Shown here piece after piece: positions 1 through 8,592 of a stretch of DNA of 32,000 nucleotides (position 1 is the first letter of the stretch; every line of letters starts with the position of its first letter). Source of the DNA: Promethearchaeum syntrophicum (GTDB lineage Archaea > Asgardarchaeota > Lokiarchaeia > Sigyniarchaeales > Promethearchaeaceae); NCBI RefSeq assembly GCF_008000775.2, contig NZ_CP042905.2:240001-272000 (forward strand). The letters are read 5' to 3'. The translations under genes were made by a program, and so were the position numbers. Under the pieces are notes generated by a model. The model saw nothing but the letters and a program-made list of their open reading frames with translations, did not search any database and was not told the origin of the DNA.

Positions 1-1
1 A

Positions 2-484
2 CAGTATTTTCGAAAGAAAATTGAAAATTTTAAAATTTTTCCTTCTAAGAAGATTTTATTATGTGTTCCTGAACTAGATCTTCCAAGTGATAAGGGAATA
101 TCTTTTGAGGGTTGGAAGAAAGAAATCAAATTAAATCCATATTATGAAGAAATTCAAGTAGTAATAATTAGCAATTCATTAAGTATTATTCCAATTGAAT
201 TAGCCGAAATTTATCCTGCAGGTCAACATGAAGGATTTGTTAACATTGAACATAAAAAAAAAGAAATATCCATATTATTGAGCACCTTTAAAAAATTTCT
301 ATCTGAGAATAAAAGTCAATTTAAATTTATAAAAATCTTAATTCCAATTACTTTTGTTAATGAATATCAAGTTCAAGAACAATTCCAACCAAAGAACCAT
401 TTAATTTATTATATTAAAAATTTGATATCTGAAAATTTTCCAGAGATAAAAACCAGTGTTATTCAAACTATAGAGGAACTCTAA
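2..484 (+). CDS. Partial protein (N-terminus outside window), DUF5591/archaeosine-synthase-like C-terminal domain
   Basis: Frame 2 is open from the left edge: QYFRKKIENFKIFPSKKILLCVPELDLPSDKG...VVIISNSLSIIPIELAEIYPAGQHEGF. This resembles the 'tSplGivPrELEevYPa' motif of the ArcS/TgtA2-associated DUF5591 domain. The TAA at 482-484 directly abuts the next ATG. Confidence 0.55.
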   Translation, partial: QYFRKKIENFKIFPSKKILLCVPELDLPSDKGISFEGWKKEIKLNPYYEEIQVVIISNSLSIIPIELAEIYPAGQHEGFVNIEHKKKEISILLSTFKKFLSENKSQFKFIKILIPITFVNEYQVQEQFQPKNHLIYYIKNLISENFPEIKTSVIQTIEEL

Positions 485-940
485 ATGAATTCTACAAAAA
501 AAGTAGAACGTATTTTACTTGATGAATTGATTGCGCGTGGACATCCAAATATTCTGGGAACCCACAGGACAACTATTGAAATAACCACAGAAGATTTTCT
601 AACAACTAATGGAAATTGCATAATAGGTATTATGAGCTCTAAAAGTGTGAAAGATTATAATCCAAAATTAAAAGAAGCTATTCAAAATGGAAAAAAAATC
701 GAGATTGAAATGGTTGCAGGTCCATTTAAGGAGATAATTGTTGGAGTGGGGCATAATGAATTGCCTTTATCAAATGAGATTTCAATGGTCTTTCGTTTAA
801 GTGAATTTATTTCTGATAGAACAGCTCTAATTAATTGTTCGAAATCCTCAATAGAACTTGATAGAAATTTTATAAATTATTTAAAAAATCCATCAAATAA
901 AATTATTGTTCAGTTTTTTCTTTTAGATGAAAACAAGTGA
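485..940 (+). CDS. DUF371 family archaeal protein
   Basis: RGHPNILGTHRTTIEITTEDFLTTNGNCIIGIMSSKS pattern (HpNI..tHrtTiEit.edfLT..GdCIiGi) is characteristic of the archaeal DUF371 family. Abuts the upstream gene and overlaps the downstream one. Confidence 0.75.
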   Translation: MNSTKKVERILLDELIARGHPNILGTHRTTIEITTEDFLTTNGNCIIGIMSSKSVKDYNPKLKEAIQNGKKIEIEMVAGPFKEIIVGVGHNELPLSNEISMVFRLSEFISDRTALINCSKSSIELDRNFINYLKNPSNKIIVQFFLLDENK

Positions 941-2066
941 ATGCATTATGAGTGAAATAAAAAAATGGATCCTTGAGATAGATCTCATTAATGGAAATTC
1001 TATAATAAAGAAACTTCAATCTATAAACGCGATTGATACGAATTTCAAGATTCACTCACAAAACAATTCTATTTTCATTCCTTTAAAGCATGAAATTGAT
1101 AATTTATCAGTACTACTTAATGGGTATGAATTTAAAATTTTTCCAGCTCAGAAAAATAGCAAGAACTTAATAGATCGTAAAAAAACTCATAGTAAATCTC
1201 TCAAAGAAACTCTTAAAGAAATTATCCCTTCTGAATTTCATAATTTGTTACCAAGAGCATTTGATATCATTGGAGATATTGCAATTATTGAATTAAATCG
1301 AGATGAACAAAAGCCTTTAAGACCTTTTATCAATAGTATTGGACAAATTCTGCTTGAAAATCATTCAAATATTAAATCTGTTTATGAAAAAGCCAGTGAT
1401 ATAGAAGGATTATATCGCACAAGAAAATTTGATCTGATTGCAGGATTAAATAAAACTGAAACTATTCATAGGGAAAATTTAGGCAAATTTCATGTAGATA
1501 TTGAACAAACTTTTTTTTCACCAAGATTAGCATATGAAAGACAACGTATCGCTAAACTTAAGACCGAATTCAATTTAAACGGAAAAATTTGGGACGTTTT
1601 TTGTGGTGTAGGCCCATTTATTATCCAAATTTCAAAAAAAAATCCTAAAGCTCACTCTATTGGAACAGATATTAATTGCAGAGCAATTGAATTGGCAAAA
1701 AAAAATATTGAGTTAAATAAAATTGTTGGAAATATCGAGTTTTATTGCCAAGATGTAAAAGAAATTTCGATTTCGCAAGTCTTTTCAAAATTTCAAAATT
1801 CTATCTCCAGATTTATTATGAATCTACCCGAAAAATCCATTCAATTTTTAAAAAATCTCCCCCAGTTTATTCAAAAAAATGGTGCTTTGTTACATTTATA
1901 TCAATTTAATAAAAAAATTAATCCGATTCAAGAAGCTAAAGATATTTTTGAAAAAGAATTGAAAAATACAAGAATTAAATTAAAAGAATATAAATTCTCA
2001 AAAGTTGTAAAACCATTTTCTCCAAATATCGTAATGACTGTATTAGATGCAATAATTTCTTTATAA
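927..2066 (+). CDS. trm5: tRNA (guanine-N1)-methyltransferase, Trm5 family
   Basis: SAM-binding region KIWDVFCGVGPFIIQISKKNPKAHSIGTDINCRAIELAKKNIELNKI followed by the FIMNLPEKSIQFL motif (NLP motif of Trm5). Overlaps the DUF371 ORF end; an internal ATG at 948 is an alternative start. Confidence 0.9.
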   Translation: MKTSECIMSEIKKWILEIDLINGNSIIKKLQSINAIDTNFKIHSQNNSIFIPLKHEIDNLSVLLNGYEFKIFPAQKNSKNLIDRKKTHSKSLKETLKEIIPSEFHNLLPRAFDIIGDIAIIELNRDEQKPLRPFINSIGQILLENHSNIKSVYEKASDIEGLYRTRKFDLIAGLNKTETIHRENLGKFHVDIEQTFFSPRLAYERQRIAKLKTEFNLNGKIWDVFCGVGPFIIQISKKNPKAHSIGTDINCRAIELAKKNIELNKIVGNIEFYCQDVKEISISQVFSKFQNSISRFIMNLPEKSIQFLKNLPQFIQKNGALLHLYQFNKKINPIQEAKDIFEKELKNTRIKLKEYKFSKVVKPFSPNIVMTVLDAIISL

Positions 2067-2090
2067 AAATACAGGAAAAAAAAATTATAT

Positions 2091-2900
2091 TTATAACTTA
2101 ATCCCTTTAACAAATGGATACATTACCGCTTGGTTAAAGATCATTACTAAATCATCAATATTTGTGTAGAAGCCGGAGACAATACCCTCTGAAATATATG
2201 CAATAGATACATTTGCTCCATTTGAACTAACGCAGATTAAATTCTTATCTGTATAATTGGTTACATACCACCCTTTAGCTTTCCACGTATCAACAATTGG
2301 CCCATCTTCTATTAAATCAACCGCTAATGCAATATTTACAACAGTTTTATCTTGTAATTTTTCTAAAGCCTCAATGATTCCATTTTCTTGTAAAAACTTC
2401 ATGTCAGGAACGACCAATCTTAGGGAACGTCTTGCATCTTCTATTTTTCCAAGAATATGATTAATACTGATTCTTAAATCATATAATATTCCTGTTTCAC
2501 CAGAAGCAACAGAAGCAACTTTTTCTTGGATTTCGCTTATTTCTTCTTCTCTTTCTTTTACAGCTTTTTTAAGTCGATCTTGTTCAAATGACGACCCCAT
2601 TAATCCATCTTGTGCAGCTCTAGATTTTTCCTTCAATTTTTTAATTTTTGTCTGGTTTTCATTAAGGCTTTGAGTTAAATTCATTATTTGCGCATTTAAT
2701 TGCTCTTTCTCTGAAGTGTGGGTTTTTAGCATTTGAATCTTAGAGAATAATGCTTCATCCTTTTCTTTTGAGATATTAACTAACTTATCGGTTAAATCTT
2801 TAATCCTCTCATCTTTTTGTATGATGACATCGTCCTTATTTTTGATTATATCCAGTTTCTGAATAATATTTTCTAGTTTTGTTGCCAATTGTTCATTCAT
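2091..2900 (-). CDS. Coiled-coil protein with C-terminal globular domain (paralogue of the adjacent gene); possibly TrmB-type sensor-like domain
   Basis: Long charged heptad-rich region, then DLRISINHILGKIEDARRSLRLVVPDMKF...VSGFYTNIDDLVMIFNQAVMYPFVKGIKL. Shares the AQDGLMGSSFE motif and FVKGIKL terminus with ORF 2947..4278. Confidence 0.6.
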   Translation of the reverse strand: MNEQLATKLENIIQKLDIIKNKDDVIIQKDERIKDLTDKLVNISKEKDEALFSKIQMLKTHTSEKEQLNAQIMNLTQSLNENQTKIKKLKEKSRAAQDGLMGSSFEQDRLKKAVKEREEEISEIQEKVASVASGETGILYDLRISINHILGKIEDARRSLRLVVPDMKFLQENGIIEALEKLQDKTVVNIALAVDLIEDGPIVDTWKAKGWYVTNYTDKNLICVSSNGANVSIAYISEGIVSGFYTNIDDLVMIFNQAVMYPFVKGIKL

Positions 2901-2946
2901 TTTTATTCACTATTTTTATATGATAATATTTATTTTTAATTTTATT

Positions 2947-4278
2947 TTAATTCAACTTTATTCCTTTGATAAATGGACTGATTATTGATTGTGATAATAG
3001 GCGCACCAATTCTTGATCATTGGAAAAAACACCTGTTATTGTTTCATTCTTCTTATCGTATACAGCTAATGCAGCCGTTAAGTTATCTACTGTGAGTGCA
3101 AATAGTTTCACTCCACGATAATCTGTAATTCGGAAATTTCTTTCTTTTAACAATTCTAATAATTTACTATCTTTTTCAGTATCAACGGAACAAGCCAGAT
3201 TTTTTAATATATTTTTTGGAAGACCTAAAAATTTATTTTTAATTTCATATTTCTCAATATCTGTCAAATCCGGTAATATTATTCTAATAGTTCTCTTCAC
3301 ATCTTCAAGTTTTGTTTTAAGAAAAAGCATAAAAGCAGCAATATTGTTAAACGTTCCAGTTTTCTTTGATAATAAGTCTTTTGCGAAATCTTCAGCTGTG
3401 ATTTCTGAAATTTCTCCCTTTTCAAATTGCTCAATTTTCATTTCCAACTTTGCAATTAATTCTTGGTATTCATGTAATTTTTGTGAATCTATAGGAGAAA
3501 TTTGATGTTGTCCTCCTTTTTTACCTTTTCTACTCGTTTTAGTTTTGGGTGATATTTTTTCTTCTAATAGAATTTTTGCAGTCTGCAATTTTTCAATCTC
3601 TTCTTGCATTTCTTGTACTTTAAGGGAAACTTTTTGTTTTTCTTCTCTTACTTTTTCCATTTCCATGGAAGCCCCTAATAATCCATCTTGGGCATCTCTG
3701 GATCTTTTCTTCATTTTTTTATATTTTTCTTCATTAGCTTGGATAGTCTTCTCCAATTCCCCTACTTTTTCAACAAGTTTTACTTTTTCATTTGATAGCT
3801 GTTCCATAAATTCAAATTTCTCACGTTGATATTTTTCTTTCTCCTCATGCAAATCTTCGAATTTTTTTGCAAAATCTTCAAGTTTTTTATCTTTTTCAAC
3901 TAAATTAAAATCTTTTTGTTGAAGTTGCTTTTCTTTAGCTAATAATGATTCTTCTTTAGCTTGGAGAGTTTGATTAGTTGTTTCCACAATTAAGGCAAAT
4001 TGTTTCAATTGTAATTTTAAACCGTCTGTTTCACTCATTAGGCGCTCTTTCTCTTTTTCAAGAGTTTTTTTATCCGATTCTAAATTTGAAACCATACTCC
4101 GAAAATGTCTGGTGTCAGAAATTGATTTGGCAGCTTTATTCGTTAATTCATTGACTTTTTCACTAAAACTTAAGATTTTCTCATCCTTTTTGTCAATAGC
4201 TTCTTCTTTATTCTTAAGTTCCTTCTCCATCTTAGTTAATTTTTCCTGTAATTGCAAAAACTCTTCCATCATGCTCAT
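2947..4278 (-). CDS. Coiled-coil protein with C-terminal globular domain (paralogue of 2091..2900)
   Basis: Extensive coiled coil, SRDAQDGLLGASME motif, basic linker TKTSRKGKKGGQHQ, and C-terminal LEDVKRTIRIILPDL...SQSIISPFIKGIKLN matching the neighbour. Confidence 0.6.
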   Translation of the reverse strand: MSMMEEFLQLQEKLTKMEKELKNKEEAIDKKDEKILSFSEKVNELTNKAAKSISDTRHFRSMVSNLESDKKTLEKEKERLMSETDGLKLQLKQFALIVETTNQTLQAKEESLLAKEKQLQQKDFNLVEKDKKLEDFAKKFEDLHEEKEKYQREKFEFMEQLSNEKVKLVEKVGELEKTIQANEEKYKKMKKRSRDAQDGLLGASMEMEKVREEKQKVSLKVQEMQEEIEKLQTAKILLEEKISPKTKTSRKGKKGGQHQISPIDSQKLHEYQELIAKLEMKIEQFEKGEISEITAEDFAKDLLSKKTGTFNNIAAFMLFLKTKLEDVKRTIRIILPDLTDIEKYEIKNKFLGLPKNILKNLACSVDTEKDSKLLELLKERNFRITDYRGVKLFALTVDNLTAALAVYDKKNETITGVFSNDQELVRLLSQSIISPFIKGIKLN

Positions 4279-4385
4279 TTATAAAAGTCTCCAAAATCAA
4301 ATTCGGTTTTTTTTTCCTAATTTTTCTTAATTTTAAAACTTTAAAAAAGATCAGATCTTCCCCTAATCTTTCATTGAAATAAATA

Positions 4386-4424
4386 AATAAATATTATAGT
4401 TGTAAATAAATATTATAGTTGTAA
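4386..4424. repeat. Tandem duplication, 19-bp period (AATAAATATTATAGTTGTA x2)
   Basis: aataaatattatagttgta aataaatattatagttgtaa read directly in the divergent intergenic region between 4278 and 4530. Confidence 0.85.
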
Positions 4425-4529
4425 GGAAAAAAGTTTAACGTACTTAAAATGTCGGTTAAAGTATAACAATCTTAAACATTTTATTCCTCAAGAATTTTTG
4501 TTTAACCAAACGGAAGGGAAAATTAAAAA

Positions 4530-4937
4530 ATGACTCAATTTGGCGGCGAAATCGGATTAAATCCTGAAGATATTTTAAGACTCGAACCAGAAATAACCTA
4601 TATAACAAATAATTCAAATATTGAAGCAATTGCACTGGTAACCGAAACAGGTTACCAAATTGCATATGCTGCACTTCCAACATATACAGTTGATTCTGAC
4701 GCTCTTTCGGGTATTGCTTCAGCCTTACTTATGACCGGAAAATTAACAATGAATTCAGTTTTTCAAGAATCCCTTGTTGAGGCCATTATCCGCGCTGATA
4801 ATGGATATGTAGTAGTTACAAATGCAGGCCGATTCGTTTTGGTAGGGGCCGGTCGCGACATTAAGAATCTTATGACAACTGTCAAGGTTTTCAGAATTGC
4901 TGCACAAAGAATAGAATCAAATTTTCCCGTATTATAA
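4530..4937 (+). CDS. Roadblock/LC7 (MglB-like) domain protein
   Basis: 135 aa: IEAIALVTETGYQIAYAALP...DALSGIASALLMTGKLTMNSVFQESLVEAIIRADNGYVVVTNAGRFVLVGAGRDIKNLMTTVKVFRIAAQRI fits the roadblock/LC7 fold pattern. Confidence 0.8.
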   Translation: MTQFGGEIGLNPEDILRLEPEITYITNNSNIEAIALVTETGYQIAYAALPTYTVDSDALSGIASALLMTGKLTMNSVFQESLVEAIIRADNGYVVVTNAGRFVLVGAGRDIKNLMTTVKVFRIAAQRIESNFPVL

Positions 4938-5046
4938 TAATAAATTTCAAGAATTTAATTTTTATCTTATTTACTCTGAGTATTTATACTATTAAGAGAT
5001 GAAATTCTAAGAAATTTATCCAAAACTCAAAAATGATTAGAAAAAA

Positions 5047-5121
5047 CGGATCCAGCAGGATTTGAACCTGCGACATCTGGATTAGAAGTCCAGCACCCAA
5101 TCCAGGCTAGGTGATGGATCC
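5047..5121 (-). tRNA. tRNA-Arg (anticodon TCT), intronless
   Basis: Minus strand folds as GGATCCA|TC|ACCT..GGGT|G|CTGGA-CTTCTAA-TCCAG|ATGTC|GCAGG-TTCAAAT-CCTGC|TGGATCC|G. Acceptor, D, anticodon and T stems all pair; anticodon loop CTTCTAA; no encoded CCA. Confidence 0.95.
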
Positions 5122-5233
5122 GTACTAAAATTGATTTTAAGAATTATTGATTGAAAAAAAATTTTTCTTAATTATAAGAATAAAATTCTTTTGAGGGCAA
5201 AAAAATTAAAGGATTTAATTCCAAATTCAAATT

Positions 5234-5713
5234 ATGAAGCTCGAAAAAAGCAATGAAACTTGTTGGAGCATCAAGCGTAAAAATAATCCTGGAACGTTTT
5301 CTCTTCGTTTTACCGAATCTGGAGGAGAAATTATAAAGGTGACCATTTCACTTAATGATACTATTCACGAAACGAAATTTGAGATGAAATTAAGCGAGTT
5401 TGAAAATTTCTTTGGAATAATATCTAGTTTTAAAGATTTAATCAAACCTTCTGAATCTCAAAAGCATCTTAAGGAACTAAATTCTGAAGAAACATATTCA
5501 AAATATAATAAAATTTCAGAAAATCAACCATCAAATCAAAAAATTTCCTCAGATGCCTTTAATTTTGAGAAAATTGTCGCAGACATCGACAATATAGATT
5601 TAAAGAAATCAAATCTTTCTAAAGTTGTTGATAATTTAACTACTGATAGAGTAAAAGAAAAAGAGGAATCTAAAAAATCCCAACTTAAAGAAACTGATTG
5701 GGATCCATGGTAA
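5234..5713 (+). CDS. Hypothetical protein with conserved-looking N-terminal domain, polar linker and aromatic C-terminus (DWDPW)
   Basis: 159 aa ORF, MKLEKSNETCWSIKRKNNPGTFSLRFTESGGEIIKVTISLND..., ending ETDWDPW; no family recognised. Confidence 0.5.
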   Translation: MKLEKSNETCWSIKRKNNPGTFSLRFTESGGEIIKVTISLNDTIHETKFEMKLSEFENFFGIISSFKDLIKPSESQKHLKELNSEETYSKYNKISENQPSNQKISSDAFNFEKIVADIDNIDLKKSNLSKVVDNLTTDRVKEKEESKKSQLKETDWDPW

Positions 5714-5738
5714 ATCCCATTTAGGTTAATTTTCTTTT

Positions 5739-6329
5739 TTATTCTGAATTTTTAAATTTATCAATTAAAAGCTTCATGATTGCAGTTTCAGATAAAGCGT
5801 AAGGTTGCAGGTTTGGTAATTGATCCCTTATCCTTACAAAAAGCTCAGTAAAGTGTTCTGCACGCTCTTTTTGTTTTAATACATCATTACGTGTCTGCTC
5901 TCTAACTTTAGATGCAGGATCTCCTTTCATAATTGAGCGTTCTGCAACAATCACTCCTGCTGAAATAATACTATCTGCAATTATAACTGCGCCTTCACCA
6001 ATCGAAGATCTCTCATAAATTAGACATTTCTCACCGATTGTCACATAATCTTCTGAAAAAGTTCCAAAGATGCTGGTGCCAGTTTCAATTATGTTGTAAT
6101 TCCCAATTTGAATAGGACTTTTATCTGAGCGAGTAAACATCATTATTCCATCAAAAACAGTTGTATATTGTCCAATTGTGATTGGTGCATATTCTGCGCG
6201 TAGGAAAGTTCCAGGCCATATTACAGAATGCGCACCGACGACAACATCTCCTATTAGTGTGGCATTAGGCGATACCCATGCAGAGGGATCAATTTTGGGC
6301 TCCTTATCGTGAATTTTCAATAGTGGCAT
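5739..6329 (-). CDS. Left-handed beta-helix hexapeptide-repeat protein of gamma-carbonic-anhydrase-like family, probably not a metal-dependent carbonic anhydrase
   Basis: IDPSAWVSPNATLIGDVVVGAHSVIWPGTFLRAEYAPITIGQYTTVFDG... hexapeptide repeats with the family's N-terminal layout; His residues expected in the QDNxxxH/IGHxxxxHG motifs are absent. Confidence 0.8.
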   Translation of the reverse strand: MPLLKIHDKEPKIDPSAWVSPNATLIGDVVVGAHSVIWPGTFLRAEYAPITIGQYTTVFDGIMMFTRSDKSPIQIGNYNIIETGTSIFGTFSEDYVTIGEKCLIYERSSIGEGAVIIADSIISAGVIVAERSIMKGDPASKVREQTRNDVLKQKERAEHFTELFVRIRDQLPNLQPYALSETAIMKLLIDKFKNSE

Positions 6330-6626
6330 TTTTCAAACATCTTTTTATTTTATTATTATAGCAATGTTTTTTTGAGGTTAAAAAACTTCTTTTCAAGAAA
6401 GGAAAAAAAAAAATCAAAGAGAAAATTGATTGCATATTATGAACATATCCCTCAAATATCACTGGAGTTTTTTAATGTAAATAAAGAAATGTTATTAATC
6501 AAATGCGGAGAAATTTTCCACATCCTTTATTAATATAGTTATAGTTTACTAATTTAGTTAATAATTTTTTAGGAAAATTTTATTATTATTTGAATTTCAA
6601 CGACAAAAACACATAAGGAAAATAAA

Positions 6627-7562
6627 ATGAATAACGCGGCTAAAATAAAAAATAATACATTTAAGCCTGAAACTGATAGTGAATTTAAGAATTGTCCTGA
6701 ATGTCAATCATCAGATATAATTCTCGATCAAGCACGAGGTGAAAATATTTGTGCTAGATGCGGATTGGTTCTTTCTCATCATATTATAGATATAAGCAGA
6801 GAAGGAAGAAGGGCATTTTCAATGGATGAAAAATCTAAACGAGATCAAACTGGGAGCCCAGTTTCATCATTATTACCTGATTTAGGTCTCAGTACTGTGA
6901 TAGATAAAAACCATCAATTATCACAAAGAATGAAGAGAGTAATTAGATGGAACTCGAGAATGACCTGGTCAAATAGAAATATGTTAATTGCTGCAACTGA
7001 AATTAAACGAATTGGTGGATTATTAAATCTTCCTCAAAGAGTTAAAGAATACGCAGCAAAAATTTATAGAAGAGCCTTTAAATTGAAATTATTAAGAGGA
7101 AGAAGTATTAAAGCAATGGTGGTAGCAAGTTTATATTATGCTTGTAGGTCTGAGCGAATTCCAAGAACACTTCAAGAAATTTTGAAATTTACAGATAGTG
7201 ATCCAAGAGATGTAAGACGGTGTTATCGTACACTAGTAAGGGAACTAAAATTAACAGTCCCTGCATTGGATCCATTTCTTTTAGTTCCAAAATATATTGC
7301 TGCACTTCAATTAAGTAATGAGGTTGAAAAATCAACAATAAAAATTATTAAATTTTATTCTAAGAAATATCAAGTTGGGGGAAAAGATCCTAAAGGATTA
7401 TTAGCAGGTGCAATATATGTTGCTTGCTTATACCACGGGATAAGTAGATCTCAAAGCCGAATTGCAAAGACTATACAAGTAACGGAAGTTACCTTAAGAA
7501 GTCGATTTAAAGAGATAAGTAAAATAATTAAACTTCCACAATATTCAGCGATAAAAGCATAA
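6627..7562 (+). CDS. tfb: Transcription initiation factor TFB (TFIIB homologue)
   Basis: Zn ribbon CPECQSSDIILDQARGENICARCGLVL, B-reader-like REGRRAFSMDEKSKRDQTGSP, GLSTVIDK, and two cyclin-like repeats. Confidence 0.95.
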   Translation: MNNAAKIKNNTFKPETDSEFKNCPECQSSDIILDQARGENICARCGLVLSHHIIDISREGRRAFSMDEKSKRDQTGSPVSSLLPDLGLSTVIDKNHQLSQRMKRVIRWNSRMTWSNRNMLIAATEIKRIGGLLNLPQRVKEYAAKIYRRAFKLKLLRGRSIKAMVVASLYYACRSERIPRTLQEILKFTDSDPRDVRRCYRTLVRELKLTVPALDPFLLVPKYIAALQLSNEVEKSTIKIIKFYSKKYQVGGKDPKGLLAGAIYVACLYHGISRSQSRIAKTIQVTEVTLRSRFKEISKIIKLPQYSAIKA

Positions 7563-7571
7563 CTTTTTTAT

Positions 7572-8549
7572 TTATTTTATTAAAAGATACATCATATCAG
7601 AAAGGTTGTTTTTTAAGATTGGTAACAGATCTTCATGAGATTTAGACATTAGAATATTTTTAATAAAAGTAATGATGTAAAATTGAATATTATTAGAGAT
7701 TTTAAATGAAGTCATAACTATTTTTGCTTTTTGTCCCCTTTTTAGAGGTTTTTCATTCTCATTCGAAACAATTAATTCTGTATCATAATTAACCTCTACT
7801 ATTACGTTGTCAAGTCTTACAGGATTTGATTTGAAGGAATCCATAACATTTAGAAATCGCAAGCCAACTATTTCACATAAATCGATATAATAATCACTCA
7901 TTGAATAATTTCCAATAACTAAAAGATCTTCACTCATTAAAAGGACTGCAGAACTATTTGATAATTTTGCAAATTCTTCAAGTTGTTCATTAATTAATAA
8001 TGCGATTGGAGAAAAATGCATTATTCCATTTGAAAACGCCAAAAAAAGAGAGGAGAGATCATAAATTGTTGTATTAAAGAATGATATCCTGGAATTTTGT
8101 GCGATTGAAAGCAAATTTTCAATTAATATTTTAATTTTATCTTGAATTTCACGCTTATTAGAAATATCAGGATCAACTTTATGAAAACATATAAAAAAAT
8201 CGGTTTTTTCATCGAGTTCATTATAAACATCAATAATTTTAGAGAAATATTCTATAGATTCATTAAATCTATTTGAATCTTGAATATCTATTATATAAAA
8301 AACAGAAGATGTATTAGAAAAAACTTGATATCTGTGTTTAAAATAATTTTTTCTGAATTTTCTTTGAGCACCGAGATCCCAAAGTACTATTCCAAAACCT
8401 AAACAATCCAAAGTAGAAAATTTAGAACGAGATAAACCCAATGTGGGCTTTGTATCAAAATAGGAAAATTTTTCTTGTAATGAGATAATGATTGAAGTTT
8501 TTCCACTATTGTCTAATCCAGCAAAAATAATTTTTCTCTTCGATTGCAT
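7572..8549 (-). CDS. Rag/Gtr-like small GTPase with C-terminal roadblock/longin-type region
   Basis: G1 GLDNSGKT; G3 WDLGAQRKFRKNYF; G4 FHKVD (Rag-type HKxD rather than NKxD); then INEQLEEFAKLSNSSAVLLMSEDLLVIGNYS and about 140 aa of C-terminal domain as in RagA/Gtr1. Confidence 0.8.
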   Translation of the reverse strand: MQSKRKIIFAGLDNSGKTSIIISLQEKFSYFDTKPTLGLSRSKFSTLDCLGFGIVLWDLGAQRKFRKNYFKHRYQVFSNTSSVFYIIDIQDSNRFNESIEYFSKIIDVYNELDEKTDFFICFHKVDPDISNKREIQDKIKILIENLLSIAQNSRISFFNTTIYDLSSLFLAFSNGIMHFSPIALLINEQLEEFAKLSNSSAVLLMSEDLLVIGNYSMSDYYIDLCEIVGLRFLNVMDSFKSNPVRLDNVIVEVNYDTELIVSNENEKPLKRGQKAKIVMTSFKISNNIQFYIITFIKNILMSKSHEDLLPILKNNLSDMMYLLIK

Positions 8550-8592
8550 ATATCATAAATGTTTTAATTTGCATTTATTTTCCGAGAAAAAA

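Noticed and set aside
2257-3829. ORFs 2257..2460 and 3545..3829 on the plus strand
   Set aside because: Antisense to the coiled-coil genes; the Ser/Phe-rich translation is what reversed Lys/Glu-rich coding produces.
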